A stretch of DNA of 64,000 nt from Candidatus Brocadiia bacterium (GTDB lineage: Bacteria; Planctomycetota; Brocadiia; CAIUPP01): NCBI GenBank assembly GCA_050015075.1, contig JBEKCB010000009.1:81878-145877 (forward strand). The letters run 5' to 3'. This document shows, in pieces, positions 20,182 to 29,297 of this stretch; within the stretch, counting starts at the first letter, position 1, and the number at the start of each line of letters is the position of its first letter. The translations under genes and the position numbers were made by a program. The notes under the pieces are model-generated. The model made no database searches. It had not been told where the DNA came from and saw nothing but the letters and a program-made list of their open reading frames with translations.

Positions 20182-21122
20182 GAACGGCTATTGCGGAACG
20201 CGGAATGAACGAAAATAATTCATCTCCTGTCAATCCACCTTCCGAAATCAATCCTCAATCCGCAACCTGCATTCCACAATCGTCCGTGGCATTGCGGATC
20301 CGCTTTCTCCCGGCCGCGCCGCCGGGAGCGAAAGTCCTCGCCCGGTTCCGCGATCCGTATGACCGTGTCGCCGTTGCGGAGACGATCCCGCTCGGCCAGC
20401 TTCCGCCCGCGGCCGACGCGGCCGAGCCGTTCGACGATCTCCATTTTCTCTTCCTGCCGAGCGGCTCGACGAACACGCCGTACGAGCAGCAGAAGCGTGG
20501 CGAGGACTGGATGCAGGCGCCGCCCGGCGATCCGTTCGCCGTCCCGCCGATTGACCTGACGCTCCGCAACGACCGCCTCCTCTGGCGCCCGGGCCGCGCA
20601 CTTGTGCTCGGCGCGCCCGACCGCATGGACGAAATCCTGACCGCGATCGTCCACTTCGCCTTCTACGAAGGCGAGATGCGCCGCCTCGAACAGGAAATCC
20701 GCGAGGACTGGCCGCTCGTCGAGAAGGACCTGCCGCTCACCCACCAGGTCGGCGCCGCCGACCTCGCGCGCTGGCCCGACGCGAACCGGATGGTGCGGCT
20801 CACCGCCCTGCGCCGGGTTCGCCTCACGCGGCTCGACCTTTACCTTTCCAAAGTCCCCGCGCAGCTCACCGGCAACGTCCGCAAAGTCTACGCCGAACTG
20901 CTGCTCTGGTGCGCCGAGCTGCCCGACCGCTACATCGCCCTGGACGACCAGATCGAGATTTACGAGGACCTTTACGAATCCGCCAACGACCGCCTCAGCG
21001 AATACGCCTATTTCCGCAAGGAATTCATCATCGAGGCGTGGATCGTCGTCATCCTCGCGCTCGAACTCGCCGCCGTCATCGTCGAACTTGTCGTGACCGT
21101 AAAAGAATCCGGCGCGCCGTAG
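20178..21122 (+). CDS. Hypothetical protein with C-terminal TM, RMD1/DUF155-like end
   Basis: ATGA overlap with the speE stop (alternative GTG at 20286); C-terminal IEAWIVVILALE helix after a helical region. Confidence 0.6.
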   Translation: MRTAIAERGMNENNSSPVNPPSEINPQSATCIPQSSVALRIRFLPAAPPGAKVLARFRDPYDRVAVAETIPLGQLPPAADAAEPFDDLHFLFLPSGSTNTPYEQQKRGEDWMQAPPGDPFAVPPIDLTLRNDRLLWRPGRALVLGAPDRMDEILTAIVHFAFYEGEMRRLEQEIREDWPLVEKDLPLTHQVGAADLARWPDANRMVRLTALRRVRLTRLDLYLSKVPAQLTGNVRKVYAELLLWCAELPDRYIALDDQIEIYEDLYESANDRLSEYAYFRKEFIIEAWIVVILALELAAVIVELVVTVKESGAP

Positions 21123-21183
21123 ATCCGTCCTGCGCGTCTTTCGCCTTTGCCGTACCTCTTTTCGTATCCCCTCCGACGCGTCG

Positions 21184-21212
21184 TTGCATTCTCTTTCGCC
21201 GCCGACTAAACT
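21184..21212 (+). promoter_or_regulatory. Sigma70-like promoter of the CHAD operon
   Basis: TTGCAT-N17-TAAACT. Confidence 0.5.
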
Positions 21213-21247
21213 GGAAGTTGCGCTGCACGGACACTGAGGGGAAGTGA

Positions 21248-22198
21248 ATGAAGGGCGGCGATCATGAGGATTTTCGGCGGCTAGCGGCGGAGGCGGTCCT
21301 GAAGAACCTGAAGGCGCTGGCCGCGCAGATTCCGGGCGTGCGCGCGCGGCGCGGGTCGGAGCCGGTGCATGACCTGCGCGTGGCGTCGCGGCGCGTGCGG
21401 ACGGCGCTGCGGCTGCTCGACGATGCCGCGCCCTCGAAGCGTTACCGCCGATGGGACCGCGAATTGAAGCGCCTGGCCTCCGCGCTCAGCCGCGCGCGCG
21501 ACACGGACGTCCAGGCGGATTTCCTCCGCGAGTTCCTCAAGGCCCATCGCGACGCGCGGCTCAGGCCGGGCATCCGGGGGCTGCTCCTCCGGCTTCGTGA
21601 CCGCCGCGGGAAGCAGCAGGTCAAAGTCCTCAAGGAGCTCGACCGCTTCGTCGCGCGCGGCACGCTGCGCAAAATCCGGCGCGAGTTCCAGCGGCTCAAG
21701 AAGGACCGCCGGCGCGCAGGCCGGAGTCTCTCCGGGTTCGCGGTCGCGGAGAAGCCGGCTGATGCCGCCGGGCCGATCCTCAAACGGCTCGACCAGATGC
21801 TCGCGTACGAGCCGTTCATCGCGCGGCCCGAGCGGCGCAAGGAACTTCACCGCATGCGCATTGCGGCGAAACACTGCCGGTACACGATGGAGGCGTTCGC
21901 GCCGCGTTACGGCGGCCGGCTCGCTCCCTGGATCCGCGCGATGCGGCAGATCCAGACCGGGCTCGGCGAGATTCACGATTGCGACGTGTGGATTCACGAG
22001 GCGCTGCCGAAGTTTCTCGCCCGCGAGCGCGCGCGGCCCGCGTTTGCGGAGATCTCGCCGGGCATCGCGGCGCTGCTCCGCGACCGCCGCCGCCGGCGGA
22101 GTGCAATTTATCGGGCGTTCCTGCGGCGCTGGAAGGAACTGCGCCGGAAGAAATTGTTCGAGCGGCTCGCCGCCGAACGGATGACCGAAGGGGACTGA
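21248..22198 (+). CDS. CHAD domain protein (polyphosphate binding)
   Basis: VHDLRVASRR, RDTDV, LHRMRIAAKHCRY, LGEIHDCDV; very basic. Confidence 0.93.
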   Translation: MKGGDHEDFRRLAAEAVLKNLKALAAQIPGVRARRGSEPVHDLRVASRRVRTALRLLDDAAPSKRYRRWDRELKRLASALSRARDTDVQADFLREFLKAHRDARLRPGIRGLLLRLRDRRGKQQVKVLKELDRFVARGTLRKIRREFQRLKKDRRRAGRSLSGFAVAEKPADAAGPILKRLDQMLAYEPFIARPERRKELHRMRIAAKHCRYTMEAFAPRYGGRLAPWIRAMRQIQTGLGEIHDCDVWIHEALPKFLARERARPAFAEISPGIAALLRDRRRRRSAIYRAFLRRWKELRRKKLFERLAAERMTEGD

Positions 22199-22228
22199 AT
22201 CAGGTTTTTCGAAGGCGATGGTGAACGG

Positions 22229-23608
22229 ATGAAGGTCGCCCTGATCGCCGACATCCACGCGAACCTGCCCGCGCTGCAAGCGGTCCTCGCGCACGCGCGC
22301 AAGCGGAAAGTGAAGGCCATCTGGAACGCGGGCGATTTCGTCGGCTACGGGCCTTTCCCGGACGAGGTCGTCCGGCGCGTGCGCGCGGAGAAGGCGCTCA
22401 GCATCGCGGGGAATTACGATCTCAAAGTCCTCCGCGCTGACCGCCCGCCGCGCGCGAAGGACAAAGACCCCGAAAAACGATACGCGTTCAAGTGGGCGCT
22501 CGACAACCTCTCGCCGGAGAGCCGCGAGCACCTGGCCTCGCTGCCGAGGGAACTGCGGCTGAACGTCGCGGGCTGGCGCGTGCTCCTCACGCACGGCAGC
22601 CCCGAATCGAACAAGGAGCACCTGACGCCCGAGACGCCGAAGTCGCGCCTGCGCCGGCTCGCGCGGAAGGCGAAGGCGGACCTGATCGTCTGCGGCCACT
22701 CGCACGTCCCGTTCGCGCGCAGGATCGGCGCGCACTGGTTCGTCAATCCCGGCAGCGTCGGCCGGCCCGACGACGGCAATCCGCAGGCGTCGTACGCGGT
22801 GGCGGACCTGCGGCGCGTCGCCGACGGCTCCCGGCCCGCCCCGCTCGTGGTGCGGCATTACCGCGTGCCGTACGACGCGGCGCGGACGGCGGAGCACAGC
22901 CGGCAGCTCGGCCTGCCGGAGTCGTTTGCGCGGATGGTGCTCGAAGGGCGCTCGCTCGACGGCGTGCAGCGCTGGGCCGAGGCGCGCGCGGTGACGCGGG
23001 CCTCCGCGCCGGCCGAAGGCGAGGCGGACGCGCCGCTCCAGGCGGTGCTCCAGCTCGCGGAGAAGTGCGATCACGAGCCGGCGCACGCGCGGCACGTGAC
23101 GCTGCTGGCGCTGCGGCTCTTCGACGAACTCCAACCGCTGCACGGGCTCGGCGCCACGGAGCGCTTCTGGCTGCACTGCGCCGGGCTGCTGCACGACATC
23201 GGCTGGATCAAGGGCCGCAAAGGACACCATAAGACGGCGCTGCGCATGATCCTGACGACGCCGGACCTGCCGTTCGAGCGGCGCGAGCGCGAGATCATCG
23301 GCTGCGTGGCGCGCTATCACCGGCGCGGGCTGCCGACGCTCAAGCACGAGGCGTTCGCAGCGCTGAGCGCCCCGGACCAGCGCGTCGTGCGGCGGCTCGC
23401 CGCGATCCTGCGCGTTGCCGACGGCCTCGACCGCACGCGCCAGGGAGCCGTGAAGGACGCGACCTGCGCGATCGGAAAGAACCAGGTCAGTGTATACTGC
23501 CTCGTCCTGCAGCCCGCCGAGGATGAGCAGCGCGAGGCGCTGAAGAAGGCCGACCTGTTCGAGAAAACCTTCGGCCGAAAGCTCGTGATCGAATGGCGAC
23601 TGACGTGA
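22229..23608 (+). CDS. Calcineurin-like metallophosphoesterase fused to a Ppx-type HD domain
   Basis: DIHAN, GDFVG, GNYD, HGSP, GHSH, NPGSVG; then HARHV, LLHDIG, YHR, LRVADGLD. Confidence 0.88.
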   Translation: MKVALIADIHANLPALQAVLAHARKRKVKAIWNAGDFVGYGPFPDEVVRRVRAEKALSIAGNYDLKVLRADRPPRAKDKDPEKRYAFKWALDNLSPESREHLASLPRELRLNVAGWRVLLTHGSPESNKEHLTPETPKSRLRRLARKAKADLIVCGHSHVPFARRIGAHWFVNPGSVGRPDDGNPQASYAVADLRRVADGSRPAPLVVRHYRVPYDAARTAEHSRQLGLPESFARMVLEGRSLDGVQRWAEARAVTRASAPAEGEADAPLQAVLQLAEKCDHEPAHARHVTLLALRLFDELQPLHGLGATERFWLHCAGLLHDIGWIKGRKGHHKTALRMILTTPDLPFERREREIIGCVARYHRRGLPTLKHEAFAALSAPDQRVVRRLAAILRVADGLDRTRQGAVKDATCAIGKNQVSVYCLVLQPAEDEQREALKKADLFEKTFGRKLVIEWRLT

Positions 23609-23681
23609 CGGTTCTGAAACAAGATCCGCCAATCCGGAAGATGAGATTAGTCGAATAGGTTTTATCAAGGGAATCGCGCCC

Positions 23682-25271
23682 ATGCCGCCTGAGACGACAT
23701 CCTCCGACGGCCGCATCGTCGGCTTCATGGACATCGGCACGAACGCGGTGCGGCTGTTGCTGGTGCGGTTCAACCCGAACCGGTCGTACACCATCCTGAC
23801 GCGCCAGCGCGAGGCGGTGCGCCTCGGCGAGGGCGAGTTCCCGGAGCAGCGCCTGCAGCAGCAGGCCATGCACCGCGCCGTGCTCGTCTGCGCGCGGTTC
23901 GCCGACATGGCGCGCTCGTACGGCGCCGCGGAGATCGTGGCCGTCGCCACCTCCGCCAGCCGCGAGGCCGAAAACCAGCGGCGCTTCCTCAAGCTCCTCG
24001 AGCAGAAGGCGCGCCTCGACGTGCGCGTCGTCTCCGGCAAGGAGGAAGCGCGCCTGATCTACCTGGGCGTCTCCAGCGGCGTCAACCTCGGCGGCCGGCG
24101 CGCGCTCTTCCTCGACATCGGCGGCGGCAGCACCGAGGTCGCCGTCGGCGATCAGCACCAGTACCAGCACCTCGACTCGATCAAGCTCGGCGCCATCCGC
24201 CTGACCACGCTCTTCTTCCTGCCCGGCGAGACCGACCCGATCCCGCCGGCGCGCTACAACCTCGTCAAGGCCTACGTCCGCAACATCAGCGTCCGCGCCG
24301 TCCAGAAACTGCGGCAGCACAAATTCGACATCGCCGTCGGCTCGTCGGGCACCATCGTCACCCTGGCGGAAGTCGCCGCGCGGCTCTTCCGCAAGCGGCC
24401 CTGGCGCAAGGACGACACGCTCACCCGCGAGCAACTGCGCGAAGTCATCCGCCTGCTCTGCTCGCTCTCGACGGAGGAACGGCGCAGCGTGCCGGGCATG
24501 AACCCGGAGCGCGCGGACATCATCATCGGCGGCGCGGCGGTGCTCGACGTGCTGATGGAGGAGTTGAAGCTTCCCGACCTTCGCGTGAGCGAGCGCGGGC
24601 TGCGCGACGGGCTGCTGATCGAGTACCTTTCGCGCACCGAGCACGGCGGGCTGGAGCCGGTCGGGTTCCGCGAGCGCAGCGTGCTGCAGCTCGGGCGGTC
24701 CTGCGGGTTCAACGAGGCGCACGCGCGGGCGGTTGAGCGCCTGGGGCTGGAGCTCTTCGACACCGCGCGGGAGCTGCGGCTGCACCGGCTCGGCGACTGG
24801 CAGCGCGAGTTGCTCGGCTACTCGGCGCTGATGCACGACCTGGGCATGTTCCTCTCGTACGACAACCACAATGCCCACTCGGCATACGTCATCCGCAACG
24901 CCGAACTGCTCGGCTTCGACCAGACCGAGCAGGCGATCATGGCGGCCACCGCGCTCTTCCATGGCAAGGCGCTGCCGCGCAAGAGGAACCCGGAGTTCGC
25001 CGCGCTCGACAAGCGCTCGCGCGAAATCGTCCGGGTGCTGTGCATCTTCCTGCGCCTGGCCGAGAGCCTCGACCGCAGCCACATGGGCGTCGTCGAGCAT
25101 GCCCGCTTCACCGCCGTCGGGCGCAAGCGCGCCGTGCTCGAAATCAACTCCCAGCAGGACTGCCAGCTCGAGCTCTGGGGCCTGGCGAACCACGAGAAGG
25201 GGTTCTCGAAGGTGTTCAAGAGAAAACTCGTCGTCGAAGGACCGACCCGTACGGGAAGCAAGAACCCCTGA
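23682..25271 (+). CDS. ppx: Ppx/GppA exopolyphosphatase with HD domain
   Basis: DIGTN, VATSA, EEARL, DIGGGSTE, RADII, GLRDG, MHDLG. Confidence 0.93.
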   Translation: MPPETTSSDGRIVGFMDIGTNAVRLLLVRFNPNRSYTILTRQREAVRLGEGEFPEQRLQQQAMHRAVLVCARFADMARSYGAAEIVAVATSASREAENQRRFLKLLEQKARLDVRVVSGKEEARLIYLGVSSGVNLGGRRALFLDIGGGSTEVAVGDQHQYQHLDSIKLGAIRLTTLFFLPGETDPIPPARYNLVKAYVRNISVRAVQKLRQHKFDIAVGSSGTIVTLAEVAARLFRKRPWRKDDTLTREQLREVIRLLCSLSTEERRSVPGMNPERADIIIGGAAVLDVLMEELKLPDLRVSERGLRDGLLIEYLSRTEHGGLEPVGFRERSVLQLGRSCGFNEAHARAVERLGLELFDTARELRLHRLGDWQRELLGYSALMHDLGMFLSYDNHNAHSAYVIRNAELLGFDQTEQAIMAATALFHGKALPRKRNPEFAALDKRSREIVRVLCIFLRLAESLDRSHMGVVEHARFTAVGRKRAVLEINSQQDCQLELWGLANHEKGFSKVFKRKLVVEGPTRTGSKNP

Positions 25272-25341
25272 GAAAACGCGCGCCGGGCGCGCATTTTCTA
25301 TTGATGCGCCAGCCGCGCAGCCGTTGGCGCGGCTAATGTGC
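25271..25341. repeat. 71-bp double-hairpin dispersed repeat, copy 1
   Basis: 66/71 identical to 36919..36989 by manual alignment. Confidence 0.92.
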
Positions 25342-25365
25342 CCGGAATAAAGAAGGAGTCCATCC

Positions 25366-25779
25366 ATGCGTACCGCAGCCTTGGGTCTGGTGTTTGCCGG
25401 TATCGCGACGTTGTTCACGGGCTGTGCCTCGCATCGCGATCAGCGCGGCGCCACGGCGGAGAGCGCGCCCGAACTCGTCAGCCGCTTTGATGCCGCCTCT
25501 GCGATCAGCGACTTTGCCACGCGCGACCAGGCGCTTGCCGAGGTCGCCTGGCTCGGCGCGCAGGCCGACGACAGCCGCATGGTGCTCAACTGCCTCGGCG
25601 CAATGCGCGACTCGCCCGTGCGCGACCAGGCCGCCTACCAATGCTCCGGGCGGCTCGCGGAGGACGGCTGGGTGCCGCAGGCCGTCGCCGTGGCGCAGAC
25701 GATCGGCGACTCGACCGTCCGGGACCGCGCCCTGTCGAAGATCGCCCAGAGCAGCCCCTATCCCATCGCTCCGCCGTGA
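25366..25779 (+). CDS. Hypothetical lipoprotein with short helical repeats
   Basis: RBS AAGGAG, lipobox LFTG-C, three RD(Q/R)A repeats. Confidence 0.75.
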   Translation: MRTAALGLVFAGIATLFTGCASHRDQRGATAESAPELVSRFDAASAISDFATRDQALAEVAWLGAQADDSRMVLNCLGAMRDSPVRDQAAYQCSGRLAEDGWVPQAVAVAQTIGDSTVRDRALSKIAQSSPYPIAPP

Positions 25780-25816
25780 CCGCTGCGGGGACGCGGCGAC
25801 TGACGCCGCCGGCGGT

Positions 25817-26626
25817 TCACCGCAGCCGCACTTTCGACACGTCGAACGACGGCGGCGGGAGCTTCATGCCCATCTCGTCGAGCGCCTCGACGATGATCTG
25901 CGAGACGGCGAGGTTGCGGAACCATTTGTGGTTGGCCGGGATGATGAACCACGGCGCCTCGTCGGTGCTGCAGCGGCTGAGCGCCTCCTCATAAGCCTCG
26001 ACGTACGCGCCCCACCGCGTGCGCTCCGCCAGGTCGGCCGGCGAAATCTTCCAGTTCTTCGCCGGGTCCTTCAGCCGCTCCTCGAGCCGTTTGCGCTGCT
26101 CCGCCTTGCTGATGTGGAGGAAGAATTTCAGGATGCGGATGTTGTTCTCCGAAAGGATCTCCTCAAACCGGTTGATCTGGCCGTACCGGGCGCGCCAGAC
26201 TTTCTCGCTGACGAGGCCATGCACGCGCGCGACGAGGACGTCCTCGTAGTGCGAACGATTGAAGATGCCGATCTCGCCTTTCGCCGGCATCGCGGCGTGG
26301 ATGCGCCAGAGGAAGTCGTGCGCCAGTTCCATCGCCGACGGGACCTTGAACGACGTCACGCGGCAGCTTTGCGGGTTCAGGCCCGACATGACATGCCGGA
26401 CCGTGCCGTCCTTGCCGCCCGCGTCCATCGCCTGGAGCACGACCAGCAGCGCCCGCCGACCCTCCGCGTAGAGCAGGTACTGCAGGTCCGACAGCCGTTC
26501 GAGGTTCTTCTGCATCGGCTTTTCGGCCTCGGACTTGTCGCGCAGGCCGCCGGCATCGTCCGGATCATACTCCTTCAGCCTCACGCGCGCGCCCGGCTTG
26601 ACACGGAATTGCTTGTGGTAGTTCAT
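25817..26626 (-). CDS. ppk2: Polyphosphate kinase 2 family, single domain (class III-like)
   Basis: QAMDAGGKDG Walker A, FNRSHYEDV, KFFLHIS, PWFIIPANHKW. Confidence 0.93.
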   Translation of the reverse strand: MNYHKQFRVKPGARVRLKEYDPDDAGGLRDKSEAEKPMQKNLERLSDLQYLLYAEGRRALLVVLQAMDAGGKDGTVRHVMSGLNPQSCRVTSFKVPSAMELAHDFLWRIHAAMPAKGEIGIFNRSHYEDVLVARVHGLVSEKVWRARYGQINRFEEILSENNIRILKFFLHISKAEQRKRLEERLKDPAKNWKISPADLAERTRWGAYVEAYEEALSRCSTDEAPWFIIPANHKWFRNLAVSQIIVEALDEMGMKLPPPSFDVSKVRLR

Positions 26627-26647
26627 GCGCGGCCTCCGGTTTATGGC

Positions 26648-26699
26648 GACGATGGACCATGGACGATGGACGATCGTCTATCGTCTATCGTCCATCGTC
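26648..26699. repeat. Palindromic heptamer array (GACGATG)n / (CGTCYAT)n
   Basis: 26-bp arms, no loop, 3 mismatches; lies between divergent ppk2 and ppk1. Confidence 0.9.
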
Positions 26700-26779
26700 C
26701 TCCGTTCCCCCGCAACCTTACCAAAGCGCCCGCCTGAAGTCCACGCCGCGCGTGTTCTTGAAGATCATCCACTTTCGCC

Positions 26780-26808
26780 TTGCGTCCGCCCGCCCGGGAA
26801 TCTATACT
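26780..26808 (+). promoter_or_regulatory. Sigma70-like promoter of ppk1
   Basis: TTGCGT-N17-TATACT. Confidence 0.5.
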
Positions 26809-26906
26809 GAATTTTCACGGGACAACCATCCTTTTCTAACCTTCACCTTGCAGAATGGCGGACGATGGGACCTGTTTCTGACAAGCGAAGAAGGCGAAAG
26901 CATCGC

Positions 26907-29144
26907 ATGAACCCGCTCCTGGGACCGGATCAGCCGCAGGCGGGCAACCCGGCGCCGCCGGCGGCGCAGCTCTCCGTTGCGGTGACCGCGCCGGAGACGG
27001 CCGGCGCGCTCGTGGCCGTCGCTCCGCCGGCGGAGTTCCTCAACCGCGACTTGAGCTGGCTGGAGTTCCACCGGCGCGTGCTGCACGAGGCGCTCGACGA
27101 GCGCACGCCGCTGCTCGAGCGGCTGAAGTTCCTCGGCATCTGCGCCTCGAACCTCGACGAGTTCTTCATGAAGCGCGTCGGCTGGGTGAAGCGCCGCCTC
27201 GAGGAGGGCGCCCTGCCGCGCACCGCCGAGGGCCTGCCGGCGCACGAACTCCTCGCGGCGTTCCGCCAGCGACTGCTGCCGATGGTCGCGCAGCAGGCCG
27301 AATGCTTCACGAACGTCCTGCGCCCGAAGCTCGCCGAGGCGGGCATCCACCTGCTGAAATGGGAGGAGCTCAGCGCGCCGGAGCGCGCCGCCGCCGAGGC
27401 GTTCTTCAAGACCAGCGTCTTCCCCGTCCTCACGCCGCTGGCGGTGGACCCGGGCCATCCGTTCCCGTTCATCTCGAATCTCTCCGTCTCGCTCGGCGTG
27501 ACGCTGCACCACCCGGACCGCGAGGGCGAACTCTTCGCGCGCGTCAAAGTGCCCCAGGTGCTGCCGCCGTGGGTGCGCGTGGACGCGGGCGAGCCCGGCG
27601 CGCACCGGGTCATCTCGCTCATCGAACTCATTCGCCACAATCTCAAGGACCTCTTCCCGGACATGGCGATCACGGACGTGATGACGTTCCGGATCACGCG
27701 CAACGCCGACGTCGAGCGCGACGAGGAGGACGCCGACGACCTGCTCGAGATGGTCGAGGACGAAATCCGCCGCCGCCGGTTCGAGCGCGCGGTCCGGCTC
27801 GAGTGCGCGCCGAATCCCAGCCCGCGCATGCTCCGGTTCCTCCTCGACGAGCTCCAGTTGACCGAGCAGGACGTGTACGACCTGACCGACGTGATTGATT
27901 TCGCCTGGGTCCGGCCGATCGCCGAGATCAATCTGCCGAAGCTGCGTTACGAGCCGTGGACGCCGCTCGTCCCGCCCGCGCTCGACAACGCCGAGGCCGA
28001 CATCTTCACCCTCATCCGCGCCGGAGACCTGCTCGTCCATCATCCCTACGACGACTTCGAGACCAGCGTCGAACGCTTCATCCGCTCCGCCGCCGAGGAC
28101 CCGAAGGTCCTCGCGATCAAGATGACCGTGTACCGCGCCGGCGCCGAGAGCCCGCTGATTCAGCAACTCATCCGGGCCGCCGAGTCCGGCAAGCAGATCG
28201 TCTGCCTCGTCGAGCTCAAGGCGCGGTTCGAGGAGGAGCGCAACATCTATTGGGCGCAGGCGCTCGAAAAGGCCGGCGTCCACGTCGTGTACGGCATCGT
28301 CGGGCTCAAGACGCACGCGAAGGCCGCCCTGGTCGTCCGGCAGGAGCCCGAGGGCGTGCGCTGCTACGTGCACGTCGGCACTGGGAATTACCACGCGCAG
28401 ACCGCGCGCACTTACACCGACCTGAGCCTGATGACCTGCAAGACCGACTTCACCGAGGATGTGGTGGAGCTTTTCAATTACCTCACGGGCCGGTCGCTGC
28501 AGCGGCAGTACCGCAAGCTGCTTGTCGCGCCGCTGGGCATGCGCGACCGGTTCCTCGCGATGATCGAGCGCGAGGCCGAGCACGCCAGGGCCGGCCGGCC
28601 GGCGCAGATCATCGTCAAGTGCAACGCGCTCGAGGAGCGCACCGTCTGCCGGGCGCTTTACCGCGCCTCGCAGGCGGGCGTGAAAATTGATCTCATCATC
28701 CGCGGCTTCTGCTGTCTGCGGCCGTGCGTCGCCGGCGTGAGCGAGAACATCCGGGTGATCTCCGTCATCGGCCGGTTCCTCGAACACTCGCGCGTCATCT
28801 ACTTCCGCAACGGCAACGCCGATCCGCTCCTGGGCGATTTCTACTTCGGTTCGGCCGATTGGATGTACCGCAACCTGCTGGCGCGGGTCGAGATCAGCGC
28901 GCCCATCGAGGATCGCCCGTTGCGCGAGATGGTCTGGACGATCCTCCAGGTCATGCTCCACGACCGGCGCCAGGCCTGGGACATGCAGCCCGACGGCTCC
29001 TACGTCCAGCGCCAACCGCCCGCCTCCGCCGACCCGGCCGGCGGAATCACGGCGAAGGCGGAGCTGCTCGGCACGCACCAGGTGCTGATGGACCTCGCCC
29101 GAAGCCGCGTCGCCGCTGCGCCCGAGCACGAGAACGGCGCATAG
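26907..29144 (+). CDS. ppk1: Polyphosphate kinase 1
   Basis: NRDLSWL, NLDEFFM, HPFPFISN, LVHHPY, ELKARF, KTHAK, GRFLEHSR, SADWMYRN. Confidence 0.97.
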   Translation: MNPLLGPDQPQAGNPAPPAAQLSVAVTAPETAGALVAVAPPAEFLNRDLSWLEFHRRVLHEALDERTPLLERLKFLGICASNLDEFFMKRVGWVKRRLEEGALPRTAEGLPAHELLAAFRQRLLPMVAQQAECFTNVLRPKLAEAGIHLLKWEELSAPERAAAEAFFKTSVFPVLTPLAVDPGHPFPFISNLSVSLGVTLHHPDREGELFARVKVPQVLPPWVRVDAGEPGAHRVISLIELIRHNLKDLFPDMAITDVMTFRITRNADVERDEEDADDLLEMVEDEIRRRRFERAVRLECAPNPSPRMLRFLLDELQLTEQDVYDLTDVIDFAWVRPIAEINLPKLRYEPWTPLVPPALDNAEADIFTLIRAGDLLVHHPYDDFETSVERFIRSAAEDPKVLAIKMTVYRAGAESPLIQQLIRAAESGKQIVCLVELKARFEEERNIYWAQALEKAGVHVVYGIVGLKTHAKAALVVRQEPEGVRCYVHVGTGNYHAQTARTYTDLSLMTCKTDFTEDVVELFNYLTGRSLQRQYRKLLVAPLGMRDRFLAMIEREAEHARAGRPAQIIVKCNALEERTVCRALYRASQAGVKIDLIIRGFCCLRPCVAGVSENIRVISVIGRFLEHSRVIYFRNGNADPLLGDFYFGSADWMYRNLLARVEISAPIEDRPLREMVWTILQVMLHDRRQAWDMQPDGSYVQRQPPASADPAGGITAKAELLGTHQVLMDLARSRVAAAPEHENGA

Positions 29145-29209
29145 GCGGCACGGGATTTCACCACGAAGGACACGAAGGCCGGATTTTAAAGCGCTGGTTC
29201 ACATGGTTA

Positions 29210-29249
29210 TTCTTCCCATTACTCCCATTCTTCCCATTCTTCACATTCT
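29210..29249. repeat. 9-mer tandem repeat TTCTTCCCA x ~4.5
   Basis: ttcttccca ttactccca ttcttccca ttcttcaca ttct. Confidence 0.85.
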
Positions 29250-29297
29250 CTGCGCGTTCCTGCCGGCGAAGCCTGGTGTTGAGCCGAGGAGAGCGAT

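Noticed and set aside
19557-21122. 521-aa ORF overlapping speE
   Set aside because: The first 207 codons are an Arg/Pro-rich off-frame read of speE; the plausible gene starts at 20178 or 20286
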